From assembly GCA_037381445.1 (NCBI GenBank), contig JARRQT010000036.1:1-27173 (forward strand): a DNA stretch of 27,173 bases, in the 5' to 3' direction. Position numbers and translations under genes: made by a program. Positions 18,174 to 27,173 of this stretch are shown piece after piece. Origin of the DNA: Calditrichia bacterium. GTDB taxonomy: Bacteria; Calditrichota; Calditrichia; RBG-13-44-9. Within the stretch, counting starts at the first letter, position 1, and each line of letters begins with the position of its first letter. Under the pieces are notes generated by a model. That model worked only from the letters and a program-made list of their open reading frames with translations, was not told the DNA's origin and searched no databases.

Positions 18174-18917
18174 TTAACCGGCGGAAATATCTGTCTTCGG
18201 CTTATCCTTAATAACGCCAAGTTTTTTTGCCATTTTCAGCAGTCCCCGGCCCATACCCGATAACTGAATGACCTCGGCGGGATCATTCCATTTTTGCTCC
18301 CTCCTGATTTTGAACCAGTGCCGTGCCTCGGGTATAATGGCGATCGTATAAAGGATATTAACAATTACCGCATAAATCAAGTAATTAGTATCATGGAAGC
18401 GGAACCACAGCCAGGGAATGAGCAAAACGATTCCCGCCATGTAGGCGCTGAATACATCACGCAAGACAAGCAGTCCAATCAGCATGCCACCAATGGAAGT
18501 GGTAAAGATTGCTATCCAGTCAATCGCCAGCACACCGCCGTAAATTGTCGACAGCCCGCGGCCGCCTTTAAAACCGTAGTATACCGGCCATATGTGCCCG
18601 ACTACCCCCAACACGGCAAAAATCAGAAAGTAGTCGGTCCCGGGAAATATCTGTCTGAGGATAAGCACAGGTATAAAAATTTTGAACATGTCCAATAGGT
18701 AGGTCATAAATCCGAATTTCGAACCCACCTGCGCTGATACGGAGGAAGCACTCACCGTTTTCAGCACCATTTTTTTATCGCTTCCTTCCAGCCCGACGAC
18801 TGTTTCCTCTGCCACTTTCTTATCGGGCGCGAAAATTCTGGTGATAATTCTGGCAAACGAGATGGCGCCAATAAAATATCCCGCCAGCGCAGTAGCGATG
18901 ATAATAAAAATATTCAT
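18174..18917 (-). CDS. Divergent PlsY-family (acyl-phosphate:glycerol-3-phosphate acyltransferase-like) membrane protein
   Basis: AGYFIGAISFA, LLDMFK, GHIWPVYYGFKGGRGLST and multiple TM helices. Motifs 1 and 3 are non-canonical. Confidence 0.85.
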   Translation of the reverse strand: MNIFIIIATALAGYFIGAISFARIITRIFAPDKKVAEETVVGLEGSDKKMVLKTVSASSVSAQVGSKFGFMTYLLDMFKIFIPVLILRQIFPGTDYFLIFAVLGVVGHIWPVYYGFKGGRGLSTIYGGVLAIDWIAIFTTSIGGMLIGLLVLRDVFSAYMAGIVLLIPWLWFRFHDTNYLIYAVIVNILYTIAIIPEARHWFKIRREQKWNDPAEVIQLSGMGRGLLKMAKKLGVIKDKPKTDISAG

Positions 18918-18928
18918 GAACGGCCTCC

Positions 18929-21442
18929 TTAATTTTCTAAAATGTGTTTAAGGTAAACCCTACCGTTATTTCCGTCCAGCGTTATGGGCTGACCATCCTT
19001 AATCAGCCGGGTGGCTTTTTTGACACTAACAACCGCCGGTAGTCCGTATTCCCTGGCGATGATGGCGCTGTGCGACAGTTGTCCTCCGCTTTCGGCCACG
19101 ATGCCCCCGATTCCCGGGAATAGCGGCGTCCACCCCACATCTGTGAAAGGAACCACCAGAATGTCGTTTCTGGTCAGTTCGGTCTTGACATCCGCCGGGT
19201 CCAGAATGACCCGGGCATACCCCTGTATAATGCCTGCACTGCCCGTTATTCCCACCAGATAATCCTGATCGCCCGCATAAACGGCGGCAAGATTCGCAAT
19301 CATATTTTCGCAAATAATATCTTCGGGTTCAATATCAGAATCTAATTCCATCTGCTCTTTACGGGACTTGACCAGATTTTGGATTGAAGCCGACGGTTCA
19401 GGGTTCTCGATGAGCTCCTGCAATTCGGCGAAAGACAAATAGAATATATCTTCTGTTTCATTTATGATGCCCTCATTTCTCAGGTAATTTCCCAGCTCGA
19501 GAAATATTCGCCGCGCCTGATATGCATCCTCGGACATCTGAAAACTGGTTTTCTCGCGGAACTGCAAATAAAGGATAGTAGATTTCAGCAGGCGATTGAA
19601 TAAAGGCCTTAACGCCCAGTTCATATTTTGGTTTACTTTAAAATGTGCTTCTCTCCTCACTTTCCCGGCGTTTTCATATTTTACTTTTTCCGGAGCCGCC
19701 GCCAGCCTCCCGATTGCCTTCCAGACCAGTTCGGGATTCTCAATCCAGGGCGAAACAGTGAAATCCGTGCCGCTGATGCTCAGAAATCCGAATTGTTTCA
19801 GGAAGCTATCCACTTTTTTCAAGAGCATTCTTCCTTCTTCGCTCCCTGCCAGCTTTCTGTGGATGTTCTCGATATTATCTTGCCGTATCGTATTAAGGAT
19901 TTTTCTGTCCGCCTTTCTCACCATTGAGCCCAGCAAGGCCAGCTTCTGATTCGGTTCCAATGCCTTCAATCCAATTAATCCCTTGATCAGATCTCCCGGC
20001 TGAACCTCCGCGGCAAATTTTCTGACCACTTTTTTCAGGAGTTTATTGCGGATGTTCATATTCATGGCGCCGATCCACATCCACCACTGGGTTTTGCCAT
20101 GCTCCTTGCTTAATCGCAAGACAGCTTCCATCAGCTCCTGAGGCGTTTTCTCCGTCCAGTTGGAATTTCTGTACGATTCCAGAAATTGATTATGTTTCCC
20201 CAGAAATTCTTTGATATCGTTTTTAATCCCCGAATAAAACCAGACAAAACGCACTAACCGAAAAAAAGTGTGAATAAGACGGATATTAATCTCCGGACGC
20301 CGGCGAACTGCTCCCTCATCCCGGGTCATCATCTCAAAGAAATTTGAAGGGAGACCGATACGCTCCAGGAGCTCTCCGACAAAGGTAATATTTGCATATA
20401 CCCGGGAATGAATGTGCTCCGTCATTTCGGAAAAATCGAGTTGGTTCGGACCGATGATTTTTGCGAACATTCTCCCGAATACATTTCTGGTCATGGCCCG
20501 GACATTGGTTGTCCAGTACAGCGGTTTAATCAGCCCCGGTGACATTTCCGCCACCAGTTTCCGCGAATAAATTCTTTTGCCGGCCAAAGAAGTAATCGGG
20601 CGGGACTGCAAAAAATGGAATTCGGCACCATCCCACGCCCATTCAATGTCCTGCGGCAATTTGGCTCTAAAAGATATGGCCCTTGCCAGTTGTGAAAGCC
20701 GCAGGACCTGTTCTTCAGGGAGCACGGGACCATTTCTCTCCGACGAATAACTTTCCGATATGACGCCTCTGGTGTTTACGACATAGCGGTCGGGTACAAT
20801 CTTACCGCCTGCCACGCCGTCTCCCAGACCGGCTGCTGCCTCGATAATCACGTTCCGCCGGCCGGTGAAGGGATCCGCTGTGAATGCCACACCCGCTGCT
20901 TCAGCATTGACCATTCGCTGCATAACGATGGCCATAGCAGGACCGTGAAGTTCAGCCACTGCACGAGTTTCTCTTTGCTGGGAGAGATATCCGGTGAGTC
21001 TTTTATTGAAAAGGGATTTGTAGCATCCCACTATAGCTGCAACCAGTTCCTGCTCTGTTTTCACATTGAGAAAGGTATCGAGCTGGCCGGCAAAGGAAGC
21101 GCTCACACTGTCTTCACCAACCATGGATGAGCGGATTGCCACAGGCGCTTCCAGTTTCTGAAACGCTTTAAAAAAATTTTTTCGAATATTTTCGGGAATT
21201 TGAAAATCAATAAAATCATCTTTTTGCAGGCCTACCAATACATCCTTATCATTCGCAGCAATTTGGCGACTCTTTTGACGGGAGAAATTCAGAATTTCTG
21301 CCAGGGCGTGCGTTGTAATAATAAATGCTTCAGGAACATTAAATCCCATTCTGGCCAATCTTGCCAGACTGGCGCCCTTACCGCCGGACAGTGTTTCCTG
21401 AGCGGCACTCTTTTCGCGGATACTGATAATGGAACGGGCCAA
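18929..21442 (-). CDS. ATP-dependent dikinase with RPH/PigC architecture (PPDK_N ATP-grasp, substrate domain, C-terminal swivel phospho-His domain)
   Basis: GGKGASL, AIRSS..GED...SFAGQ, QRMV..AGVAFT, GLGD.V, PQDIEWA, LQSRPIT, and C-terminal TDVGWTPLF and GGQLSHSAIIAREYGLPAVV. TTG start with GGGGA RBS. Confidence 0.92.
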   Translation of the reverse strand: MARSIISIREKSAAQETLSGGKGASLARLARMGFNVPEAFIITTHALAEILNFSRQKSRQIAANDKDVLVGLQKDDFIDFQIPENIRKNFFKAFQKLEAPVAIRSSMVGEDSVSASFAGQLDTFLNVKTEQELVAAIVGCYKSLFNKRLTGYLSQQRETRAVAELHGPAMAIVMQRMVNAEAAGVAFTADPFTGRRNVIIEAAAGLGDGVAGGKIVPDRYVVNTRGVISESYSSERNGPVLPEEQVLRLSQLARAISFRAKLPQDIEWAWDGAEFHFLQSRPITSLAGKRIYSRKLVAEMSPGLIKPLYWTTNVRAMTRNVFGRMFAKIIGPNQLDFSEMTEHIHSRVYANITFVGELLERIGLPSNFFEMMTRDEGAVRRRPEINIRLIHTFFRLVRFVWFYSGIKNDIKEFLGKHNQFLESYRNSNWTEKTPQELMEAVLRLSKEHGKTQWWMWIGAMNMNIRNKLLKKVVRKFAAEVQPGDLIKGLIGLKALEPNQKLALLGSMVRKADRKILNTIRQDNIENIHRKLAGSEEGRMLLKKVDSFLKQFGFLSISGTDFTVSPWIENPELVWKAIGRLAAAPEKVKYENAGKVRREAHFKVNQNMNWALRPLFNRLLKSTILYLQFREKTSFQMSEDAYQARRIFLELGNYLRNEGIINETEDIFYLSFAELQELIENPEPSASIQNLVKSRKEQMELDSDIEPEDIICENMIANLAAVYAGDQDYLVGITGSAGIIQGYARVILDPADVKTELTRNDILVVPFTDVGWTPLFPGIGGIVAESGGQLSHSAIIAREYGLPAVVSVKKATRLIKDGQPITLDGNNGRVYLKHILEN

Positions 21443-21857
21443 TGACGTCCCCAGTTTTTTTAATCAATAGGTCAGAACGTTATCGGAATCGGGTGAGCGT
21501 TCTCAAAAACGTCCCAAAAAGCAACGGGGATTTCCGATATTCAGAATTTATGGATTTGATAATTATTTATAGACCAACCGCTTCACTAAAGTCCGGTATT
21601 CCTCAGAAACAATATTTGATAACAGAATGGATAGTTGATATTAAATCCTGTTTGATGAACAGGAGAAAAAGGCAGGTAACAGATTAAATAAATATTTCTT
21701 ACAGGCGAGTTGATTCTCCCTGGAAAAGGCAACAGAAAACAAGCTCGGAAAAATCCGGCAGCGGCGCTGACCAAAGCTGCGGAAATTTCGCGGCTATTAG
21801 GATATTCTTTTTTTCTGTGTATTGCAGTCATCGCTCCGACCGTCTTTAATAAAACAA

Positions 21858-22595
21858 TTACCTTCGCAGCATTGCCTTGGTAAAAGTATAATCCGGGATA
21901 TCCGCATTAAAAAGAATCGATTCCAGGATAAATTCGGTGCCGTCGCCGCTCTTCAGCACATCTTTGAAAATTATATCGGTTGCCACCCAGCGGCCTTCAA
22001 TCTGCTCCACCTTCTGCACAACTGTCGTTTTCAGGAGCTTGCCGCTCTTTGCATACCTGTTTTCTTTCAACACCACAAAGCGGTCCTTGTCAACCCAGAT
22101 TTTTCTTGAGAAATAAGCGATGTCGGCATTTTTCGCGCTTAGATCCAGAATCCAGCAGGGACGCCCCATGAACTCTTCATCGCCTCCCATGCTGGCGTCA
22201 TAAAGATTTATGAGCTTGGGATCCTCCATGAGATCTTCGTAGGAGAGATCGGAACCCATTACCGACTGCCTCAGCATATGCCCGGAAATCAAAATGGTGC
22301 GATCCGTGGAAGGCGTATAGGTCCAGAGCTGATCCTTTAGCTTGAGCATTTTTATTCCTTTTTCCCGGGGGGGCGCCAGGTATTCGGTGAAGGAGTGATT
22401 CATTCCCTGTATCCAGGATTTGGATTTCACCATGCGTGTCCCCCGACGTCCCTTTATATGCATTTCCGCAATGCTGATTTTATTGTCGGAACCCATATTC
22501 TCATCAACTTTTTTAAGAATCCAGTCTCCGGTTGGGACCTGTGCCGTTAATAAAGAGAATAAGATCAAAACAAGAAAAATACAGTAATTTCTCAT
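21858..22595 (-). CDS. LolA-like periplasmic protein ('outer membrane lipoprotein-sorting protein' family)
   Basis: Signal peptide, P.REKG.KMLK, W.Y.PS.DR...IS, QSVMGSDLSYEDL, Y.RKIWVDK and SGKLLK. Confidence 0.88.
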   Translation of the reverse strand: MRNYCIFLVLILFSLLTAQVPTGDWILKKVDENMGSDNKISIAEMHIKGRRGTRMVKSKSWIQGMNHSFTEYLAPPREKGIKMLKLKDQLWTYTPSTDRTILISGHMLRQSVMGSDLSYEDLMEDPKLINLYDASMGGDEEFMGRPCWILDLSAKNADIAYFSRKIWVDKDRFVVLKENRYAKSGKLLKTTVVQKVEQIEGRWVATDIIFKDVLKSGDGTEFILESILFNADIPDYTFTKAMLRR

Positions 22596-23866
22596 GCTTC
22601 CAGTTCCTTGGCTAGTTGAGATGTTTGCCGTTTGTATATGCCAATTCCCGAAATAGATGTCCCCAGGATCGTGGCCATCAAACCGGGAATGAATCCAATC
22701 ATAAAGCTTACCGGAGTCACCCTGGCCCGCAGAACATCAGAAATCATCATGGATGCGTTCTTCAACATGGAGGAAATGTCTATCCCGTGGATCTGCAAAT
22801 AATAGGAAATACCGATTCCCAGGCCGGTCCCGATCATGGAACCCATAAAACCGATCATCAAAGATTCTGCAAGCATGGAACGATAAATGTGCCCCTTGTC
22901 CTCGCCCAGTGCCAGGCGGACGCCAATCTCGCCATAACGCCGCAGACTTCCCATTAACCCTGCGTTCCAGAGCACAATTGACATGACAATCACAAAGATT
23001 CCGATCAGCGCCGCGGAGACATAAGCGGACAGGTCGAGCGTCTGGGCAAGCCCGCTCTGATTCCGCAGGGTGATCATTACCGGTGCGAACTGATCTTCAT
23101 CTTCCTTATAGGAATCATTAAATCCTGCGGCGATTCCCTCTGCGAGTTCATTGCGGTAAATGTCATCCCGGAAAAAACCCAGAATTTCACCCGCAGCATC
23201 ATCCATGTCCAGTGCCCTTTGAATGTCCGAGATATCCGCCAGCATTGCCCCCCTATCCATGGCGGAAATGCCAAAGCGGATGGTTCCCACCACGGTAAAA
23301 TTGTAGGTAGACATGCTGCCGTACATCGTCGAACTGATAAGTGTGGCAATATCATTCAGTTTCACATTCAGACGCTGCGCCAGTTCATCGCTGATTAAAA
23401 TCTCCCCGGGATTCTGCGGCAATCTTCCCCGCAGCAATGCATCAGACAGATTCAGAATTTCCGGTTCAGGGCTCTGCGGCGACAGAAAATCAATCGACAA
23501 TCCCACCACAGGCCCCTGGCTGCGGGTTTCTCCCTCCGCGTCAGGAATGTCCAGCAGTCCACCGAACCGAATTCGCGGCGTCCATTTCATATCCGGAAAT
23601 TCTTTTTTTAAATCGCCCAGCAATTCTTCGACCCCGATATAAGCCAGGTCATTGGGGATCTGATCGGATTCCTGCGCATAGGCGCGGGACATGATTTTGA
23701 CATGACCTGTGCTGAAGTTGGCATTGGCCCGTATCAGATCGATTTCGGTGCCTTTCACCCAGCAATACATGATGACGGTGAGAGTAACACCAGCCACCAC
23801 GGTCAAAGTGGGAAAGAGGCTCCGCGAGCGGTCACGGATCAGTCCTTTGAACAGAAATTTTATCAT
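22592..23866 (-). CDS. ABC transporter permease, LolC/E-MacB (FtsX) family
   Basis: TM1, large periplasmic domain (TGHVKI, GRLP..PGEILI), RRYGEIGVRLALG and three C-terminal TMs. Confidence 0.92.
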   Translation of the reverse strand: MIKFLFKGLIRDRSRSLFPTLTVVAGVTLTVIMYCWVKGTEIDLIRANANFSTGHVKIMSRAYAQESDQIPNDLAYIGVEELLGDLKKEFPDMKWTPRIRFGGLLDIPDAEGETRSQGPVVGLSIDFLSPQSPEPEILNLSDALLRGRLPQNPGEILISDELAQRLNVKLNDIATLISSTMYGSMSTYNFTVVGTIRFGISAMDRGAMLADISDIQRALDMDDAAGEILGFFRDDIYRNELAEGIAAGFNDSYKEDEDQFAPVMITLRNQSGLAQTLDLSAYVSAALIGIFVIVMSIVLWNAGLMGSLRRYGEIGVRLALGEDKGHIYRSMLAESLMIGFMGSMIGTGLGIGISYYLQIHGIDISSMLKNASMMISDVLRARVTPVSFMIGFIPGLMATILGTSISGIGIYKRQTSQLAKELEA

Positions 23867-25035
23867 GTCAGTTTCCCCCGCAAGGCATCGGTCGGCTTCA
23901 ATTTCGAAATTTTTCTGGTGGGCAGGAAACTGACAATGGTGGTGATAATCAAAACCAGCAAAGTGGTGCCCAGGACGAGGCCGGCACTGAACGTCGGGAA
24001 GAGCTTTTCCCCGATGGCAAATCCATAGCTGTCAGTATTGGATGGCAATTTCCAGCCGATGCGCGCAAAGTATGCCAGCAACGGGATCCCGTAGAGAGCA
24101 GCAGCCAAAGCGGCCAGCACGCCGTGCATGGCGCCTTCCAGGGTAAAAAGCTGAATCACCTTCCCCCGGGTGAGGCCCAGAGCCATCAAAGTGCCCATTT
24201 CCTTTCGGCGGCGGAAAATCGATAAAATCTGGGTGTCGAAGATGGCCAGCATTGCCAGAAAAAGCAGGATGAAATAGATAATGGTTGAACCGATTGCCTT
24301 GGATTGCACCATATCCCGGATATCCTTGAGCAGATAATCCGGAGTTTTGAAGTTCCAGCCGGCAACCGCGGTGGCATTTTGAGCCGTCTTGTTGATGATG
24401 ACTAGTGTTGCTTCATCCTCCATCCCCGCCAACTGCTGCAGTTTCTGCAGGGGAATCCATATCTGGCTGTTATCGATGCTCTGTACGGTGGTTTTCATAA
24501 CTTGAACGATCCGAACATCCTGTGCATCAAAGGTCCCTCTGGCATCCCGCCACTGCATGGTCACATAATCTCCCACCTTTAATCCGGTACTTTTCGCCAT
24601 CCGGCTGCCGATAAGGGCGGGGATTTCGCCATCGGATTGCGCCAGAAAATGGGAAGGCAGGGTAATTATACTTTGCGCCGGACTGATGCCCTTAAGCAGA
24701 ATGGTGCGGATGCGGCCGTTGGGATAAATATTGCCCTGAATGATGAGCAGCGGCGTCGCCTCCCCGCGATCAACCATCCTCTTCAGGTCCCCGGGAATTA
24801 CGCCGTGGGCGTCCTGCAGCGAAAGGGGATCGAACGGATCGTAGTTTTCATGCCAGTACTGACCGCCCCCGTATTGGGTGTCAATCATCGCCTGCGCAGC
24901 CTGCTCATTCATACCCTCCAGCAGTCCCTGGGTAGTGATGATGGCCACGAAAGCAAACGACAGCACGATAACGTTCAACCAGGTACGAATGCCGGCACCC
25001 AGAATATTTCTTACTGCCAGTTTAGGGATTATCAT
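23863..25035 (-). CDS. ABC transporter permease, LolC/E-MacB (FtsX) family
   Basis: KLAVRNI, RRKEMGTLMALG, EG and P...I..L.P.DALR. Overlaps its neighbours. Confidence 0.92.
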   Translation of the reverse strand: MIIPKLAVRNILGAGIRTWLNVIVLSFAFVAIITTQGLLEGMNEQAAQAMIDTQYGGGQYWHENYDPFDPLSLQDAHGVIPGDLKRMVDRGEATPLLIIQGNIYPNGRIRTILLKGISPAQSIITLPSHFLAQSDGEIPALIGSRMAKSTGLKVGDYVTMQWRDARGTFDAQDVRIVQVMKTTVQSIDNSQIWIPLQKLQQLAGMEDEATLVIINKTAQNATAVAGWNFKTPDYLLKDIRDMVQSKAIGSTIIYFILLFLAMLAIFDTQILSIFRRRKEMGTLMALGLTRGKVIQLFTLEGAMHGVLAALAAALYGIPLLAYFARIGWKLPSNTDSYGFAIGEKLFPTFSAGLVLGTTLLVLIITTIVSFLPTRKISKLKPTDALRGKLT

Positions 25036-25753
25036 TTTTCACCTTTTTTTGTCCGGAAGGGGAAAACAGCTCATCCCTGGCGATTTTCCCGTCAAATAAT
25101 GAAATCTTTCGCTGCAGGTAGCGAATGACTTTTTCATCGTGAGTGGAAAAGAGAAAAGTGGTCCCCAACTCGCTATTCAAATTTTTCATGGTCTGCAGGA
25201 TGTTGTGAGAATTCTCCGCATCCAGGTTCGCGGTTGGTTCATCCGCCAGCACAATCGCCGGCCCTTTCACAATAGCGCGGGCGATCGCCACCCGCTGGCT
25301 CTGCCCCCCCGACAACTGGTTCGGTTTGGACTTCGCCCGGTCTGCCAGATACACCCACTCCAGCGCATCCATCACTTTTTTCTTCCGCTCCTCGGCAGTC
25401 AGATTCTGAAGCAGTAAGGGGAATTCCACATTTTCAAAAACCGTGTAAACGGGCAGCAAATTGAAGGTCTGGAAGATGAAACCGATATGTTTGTTGCGGA
25501 GCTGAGCAGCCTTCTTATGCGAAAGGGTTTCCACCTTCTCCCCCAGTACTGAAGCACTTCCCGTTGTAGGAACATCCAGTGAGCCGATAATATTCAGCAG
25601 CGTGGTCTTCCCGGACCCGCTGGGTCCCACTAGACCGGCGAATTCGCCTTTCTTAAGGGTAAGATTTACTTCGCTCAGCGCCACCAGTTCATATTGGCCC
25701 ATCGGGTATATCTTTGTCAGATTCTCTGTTTTGATCAAAACTTCATTTTCCAT
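25022..25753 (-). CDS. ABC transporter ATP-binding protein (LolD/MacB-like)
   Basis: Walker [39 protein letters not shown] and STHD. Confidence 0.96.
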   Translation of the reverse strand: MENEVLIKTENLTKIYPMGQYELVALSEVNLTLKKGEFAGLVGPSGSGKTTLLNIIGSLDVPTTGSASVLGEKVETLSHKKAAQLRNKHIGFIFQTFNLLPVYTVFENVEFPLLLQNLTAEERKKKVMDALEWVYLADRAKSKPNQLSGGQSQRVAIARAIVKGPAIVLADEPTANLDAENSHNILQTMKNLNSELGTTFLFSTHDEKVIRYLQRKISLFDGKIARDELFSPSGQKKVKNDNP

Positions 25754-25803
25754 GTCAGCCCCAATTTTGAAAAGAAGTATTGCTGCGTATGAAAACGACC
25801 GGA

Positions 25804-26952
25804 TTAGTGATTCAGCACAATCATCAGTTGGACTCCTTTTCCCGCGAAGAGATTATTTCCCGCCTGGTTCTGATAGATCCTGTTTTTGTCCGGATTCAGG
25901 AAAGCCATCAGGTGGAAGCTCCAATGATCGTATGTCCTTCGCCAGTTCAGAAAGCGGTAATACTCACTGTTTTCCCAGTCATAATAGAAAATGCCCTCCA
26001 CTCTGTCCAGCAAACCAATCGGATAACTGAACGATCCGGCCGAAAATTTAAGTCCCTCCCCTTTTCCTAACGCCTCCCGGGAATTCTCCAAAATAAAATA
26101 TTCGCTCATAACGTTCAATCCGTTGCCGATGTCGAAGGTATAATCCGCCCCCAGTGTGGCGGATCTCTGCCAGACAAAGGGCAGCAGCGGATTATCCTGA
26201 TGGGTCAGAACTCCCTCAAACCAAAAGCCAATCTCCACATCCCATTTGCCATCTACCGCAAAGCGATTTTCGTAGGAGACCTCCTCATTCAATTTCATCT
26301 GCGGGAAACTCATATAGTTGAAGGACATCTGTCTCTGGTGAAAGGAGAATCCAATCTCTCCCGCAGATAAAGGGTATTGGAGTCTTCCGCCGTATTCAAA
26401 GGAATTTTTGCGGGTTTCATAAACCTCCCATCCCCTGGTGTGCTTATTTCCATACAAACCCCAAATCCAGAAATTGGCATTATTCATAAAATAATACCGG
26501 AATAACAGGGCGTACACCCCATCGGTGATCTGCAGGGGATCTCTGGGATCAATGGCGTCGAACCACATCAGGGGACGAAAGAGCGTCGCCGAACCGAAAT
26601 TGATTTTTTGCAGTCCCAGCCTGGCTTCGAAACGGGCTGTCGCAAAACGAATCCACAAGCGGTACGGTTTAATTTCCCCTTCGGAATCGACATTCCTGAG
26701 TGTTTCGAACTGACCGTTTCGATAACCATTGAACGAAGCTTCCAGATTAACCGCTTTGTTGTCGGAAAACATCTTCTCAACTGCAAAACTTGGAATATAT
26801 CGGAGACCGTAGAGATTCAGGGTTCTGTCGGATCTATTAACGGAGTACCAACCTGATAGCTGTCCCTGATAATCCAGAACCTGAGCAAAGAGAGGCCAGC
26901 CAATTAAGATGAGAGTGAGTATGCATCCCGGAATGACTCGGGTTCGATGCAT
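25804..26952 (-). CDS. Putative outer-membrane beta-barrel protein
   Basis: Signal peptide from ATG 26952 (GAGGAAATC RBS). Alternating aromatic beta-strands; RLGLQKINFG and DPRDP...DGV.A patterns as in barrels found with LolA-like/ABC operons. Confidence 0.72.
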   Translation of the reverse strand: MHRTRVIPGCILTLILIGWPLFAQVLDYQGQLSGWYSVNRSDRTLNLYGLRYIPSFAVEKMFSDNKAVNLEASFNGYRNGQFETLRNVDSEGEIKPYRLWIRFATARFEARLGLQKINFGSATLFRPLMWFDAIDPRDPLQITDGVYALLFRYYFMNNANFWIWGLYGNKHTRGWEVYETRKNSFEYGGRLQYPLSAGEIGFSFHQRQMSFNYMSFPQMKLNEEVSYENRFAVDGKWDVEIGFWFEGVLTHQDNPLLPFVWQRSATLGADYTFDIGNGLNVMSEYFILENSREALGKGEGLKFSAGSFSYPIGLLDRVEGIFYYDWENSEYYRFLNWRRTYDHWSFHLMAFLNPDKNRIYQNQAGNNLFAGKGVQLMIVLNH

Positions 26953-27173
26953 GATTTCCTCGTCCTGAATGCATTTGATATTTAAGCGTAAAACGGATAA
27001 AAAATCAAACAATTCCGGCTGCTGTTCAAAAATAATTCAAATTTTCCTAGATGGCAATAGAATTATTGCCCAAAATCAATCTTGATTTGTTATAGGCTCA
27101 TTTCGGAAAGGTGTGCTTTTCTTCGGCAATGCGGCGCTTTGATCCGGTATTTGTATGAAAACCACTTTCCACC

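Noticed and set aside
18929..21442. Annotation as PEP synthase (ppsA) or rifampin resistance gene (rph)
   Set aside because: There is no C-terminal PEP-binding TIM barrel, so it is not PpsA. Central-domain motifs and lipid-gene context argue against RPH.
27090..27173. 3' end of an upstream minus-strand gene
   Set aside because: Two frames are open but too short to decide or identify.

Overview
Bacterial chromosomal window of about 27 kb with nearly all genes on the minus strand. A secreted protein ending in an LAQNYPNPFNPST-type sorting domain, plus lipoproteins and a LolA-like/barrel module, point to an FCB-group diderm such as Calditrichota, KSB1 or Ignavibacteria (inference). Left part: etfA (truncated at the window edge), etfB, an S9 peptidase with an apparent in-frame internal deletion, a SAM-methyltransferase-like gene, a divergent DUF932-like gene, tRNA-Ser(GGA), tadA, cobO and an orphan PhoR-like kinase. 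Middle accessory region: a frameshifted TauE/SafE gene, an internally deleted IS5-family element with intact terminal IRs, a three-gene DUF4242 (SCO4226-like) module with a candidate AraC-type operator, and a secreted Asp-box beta-propeller protein. Right part: a tight operon of an RPH/PigC-architecture dikinase, a divergent PlsY and a GHSAG lipase, preceded by an operon for an outer-membrane barrel, a LolCDE-like ABC transporter and a LolA-like protein. The best candidates for undescribed systems are the dikinase-PlsY-lipase operon (possible PlsX/FakAB-independent acyl-phosphate supply or lipid salvage) and the DUF4242 lipoprotein / pseudo-cyclase-AraC module. All family assignments come from reading motifs by eye; no searches were run.
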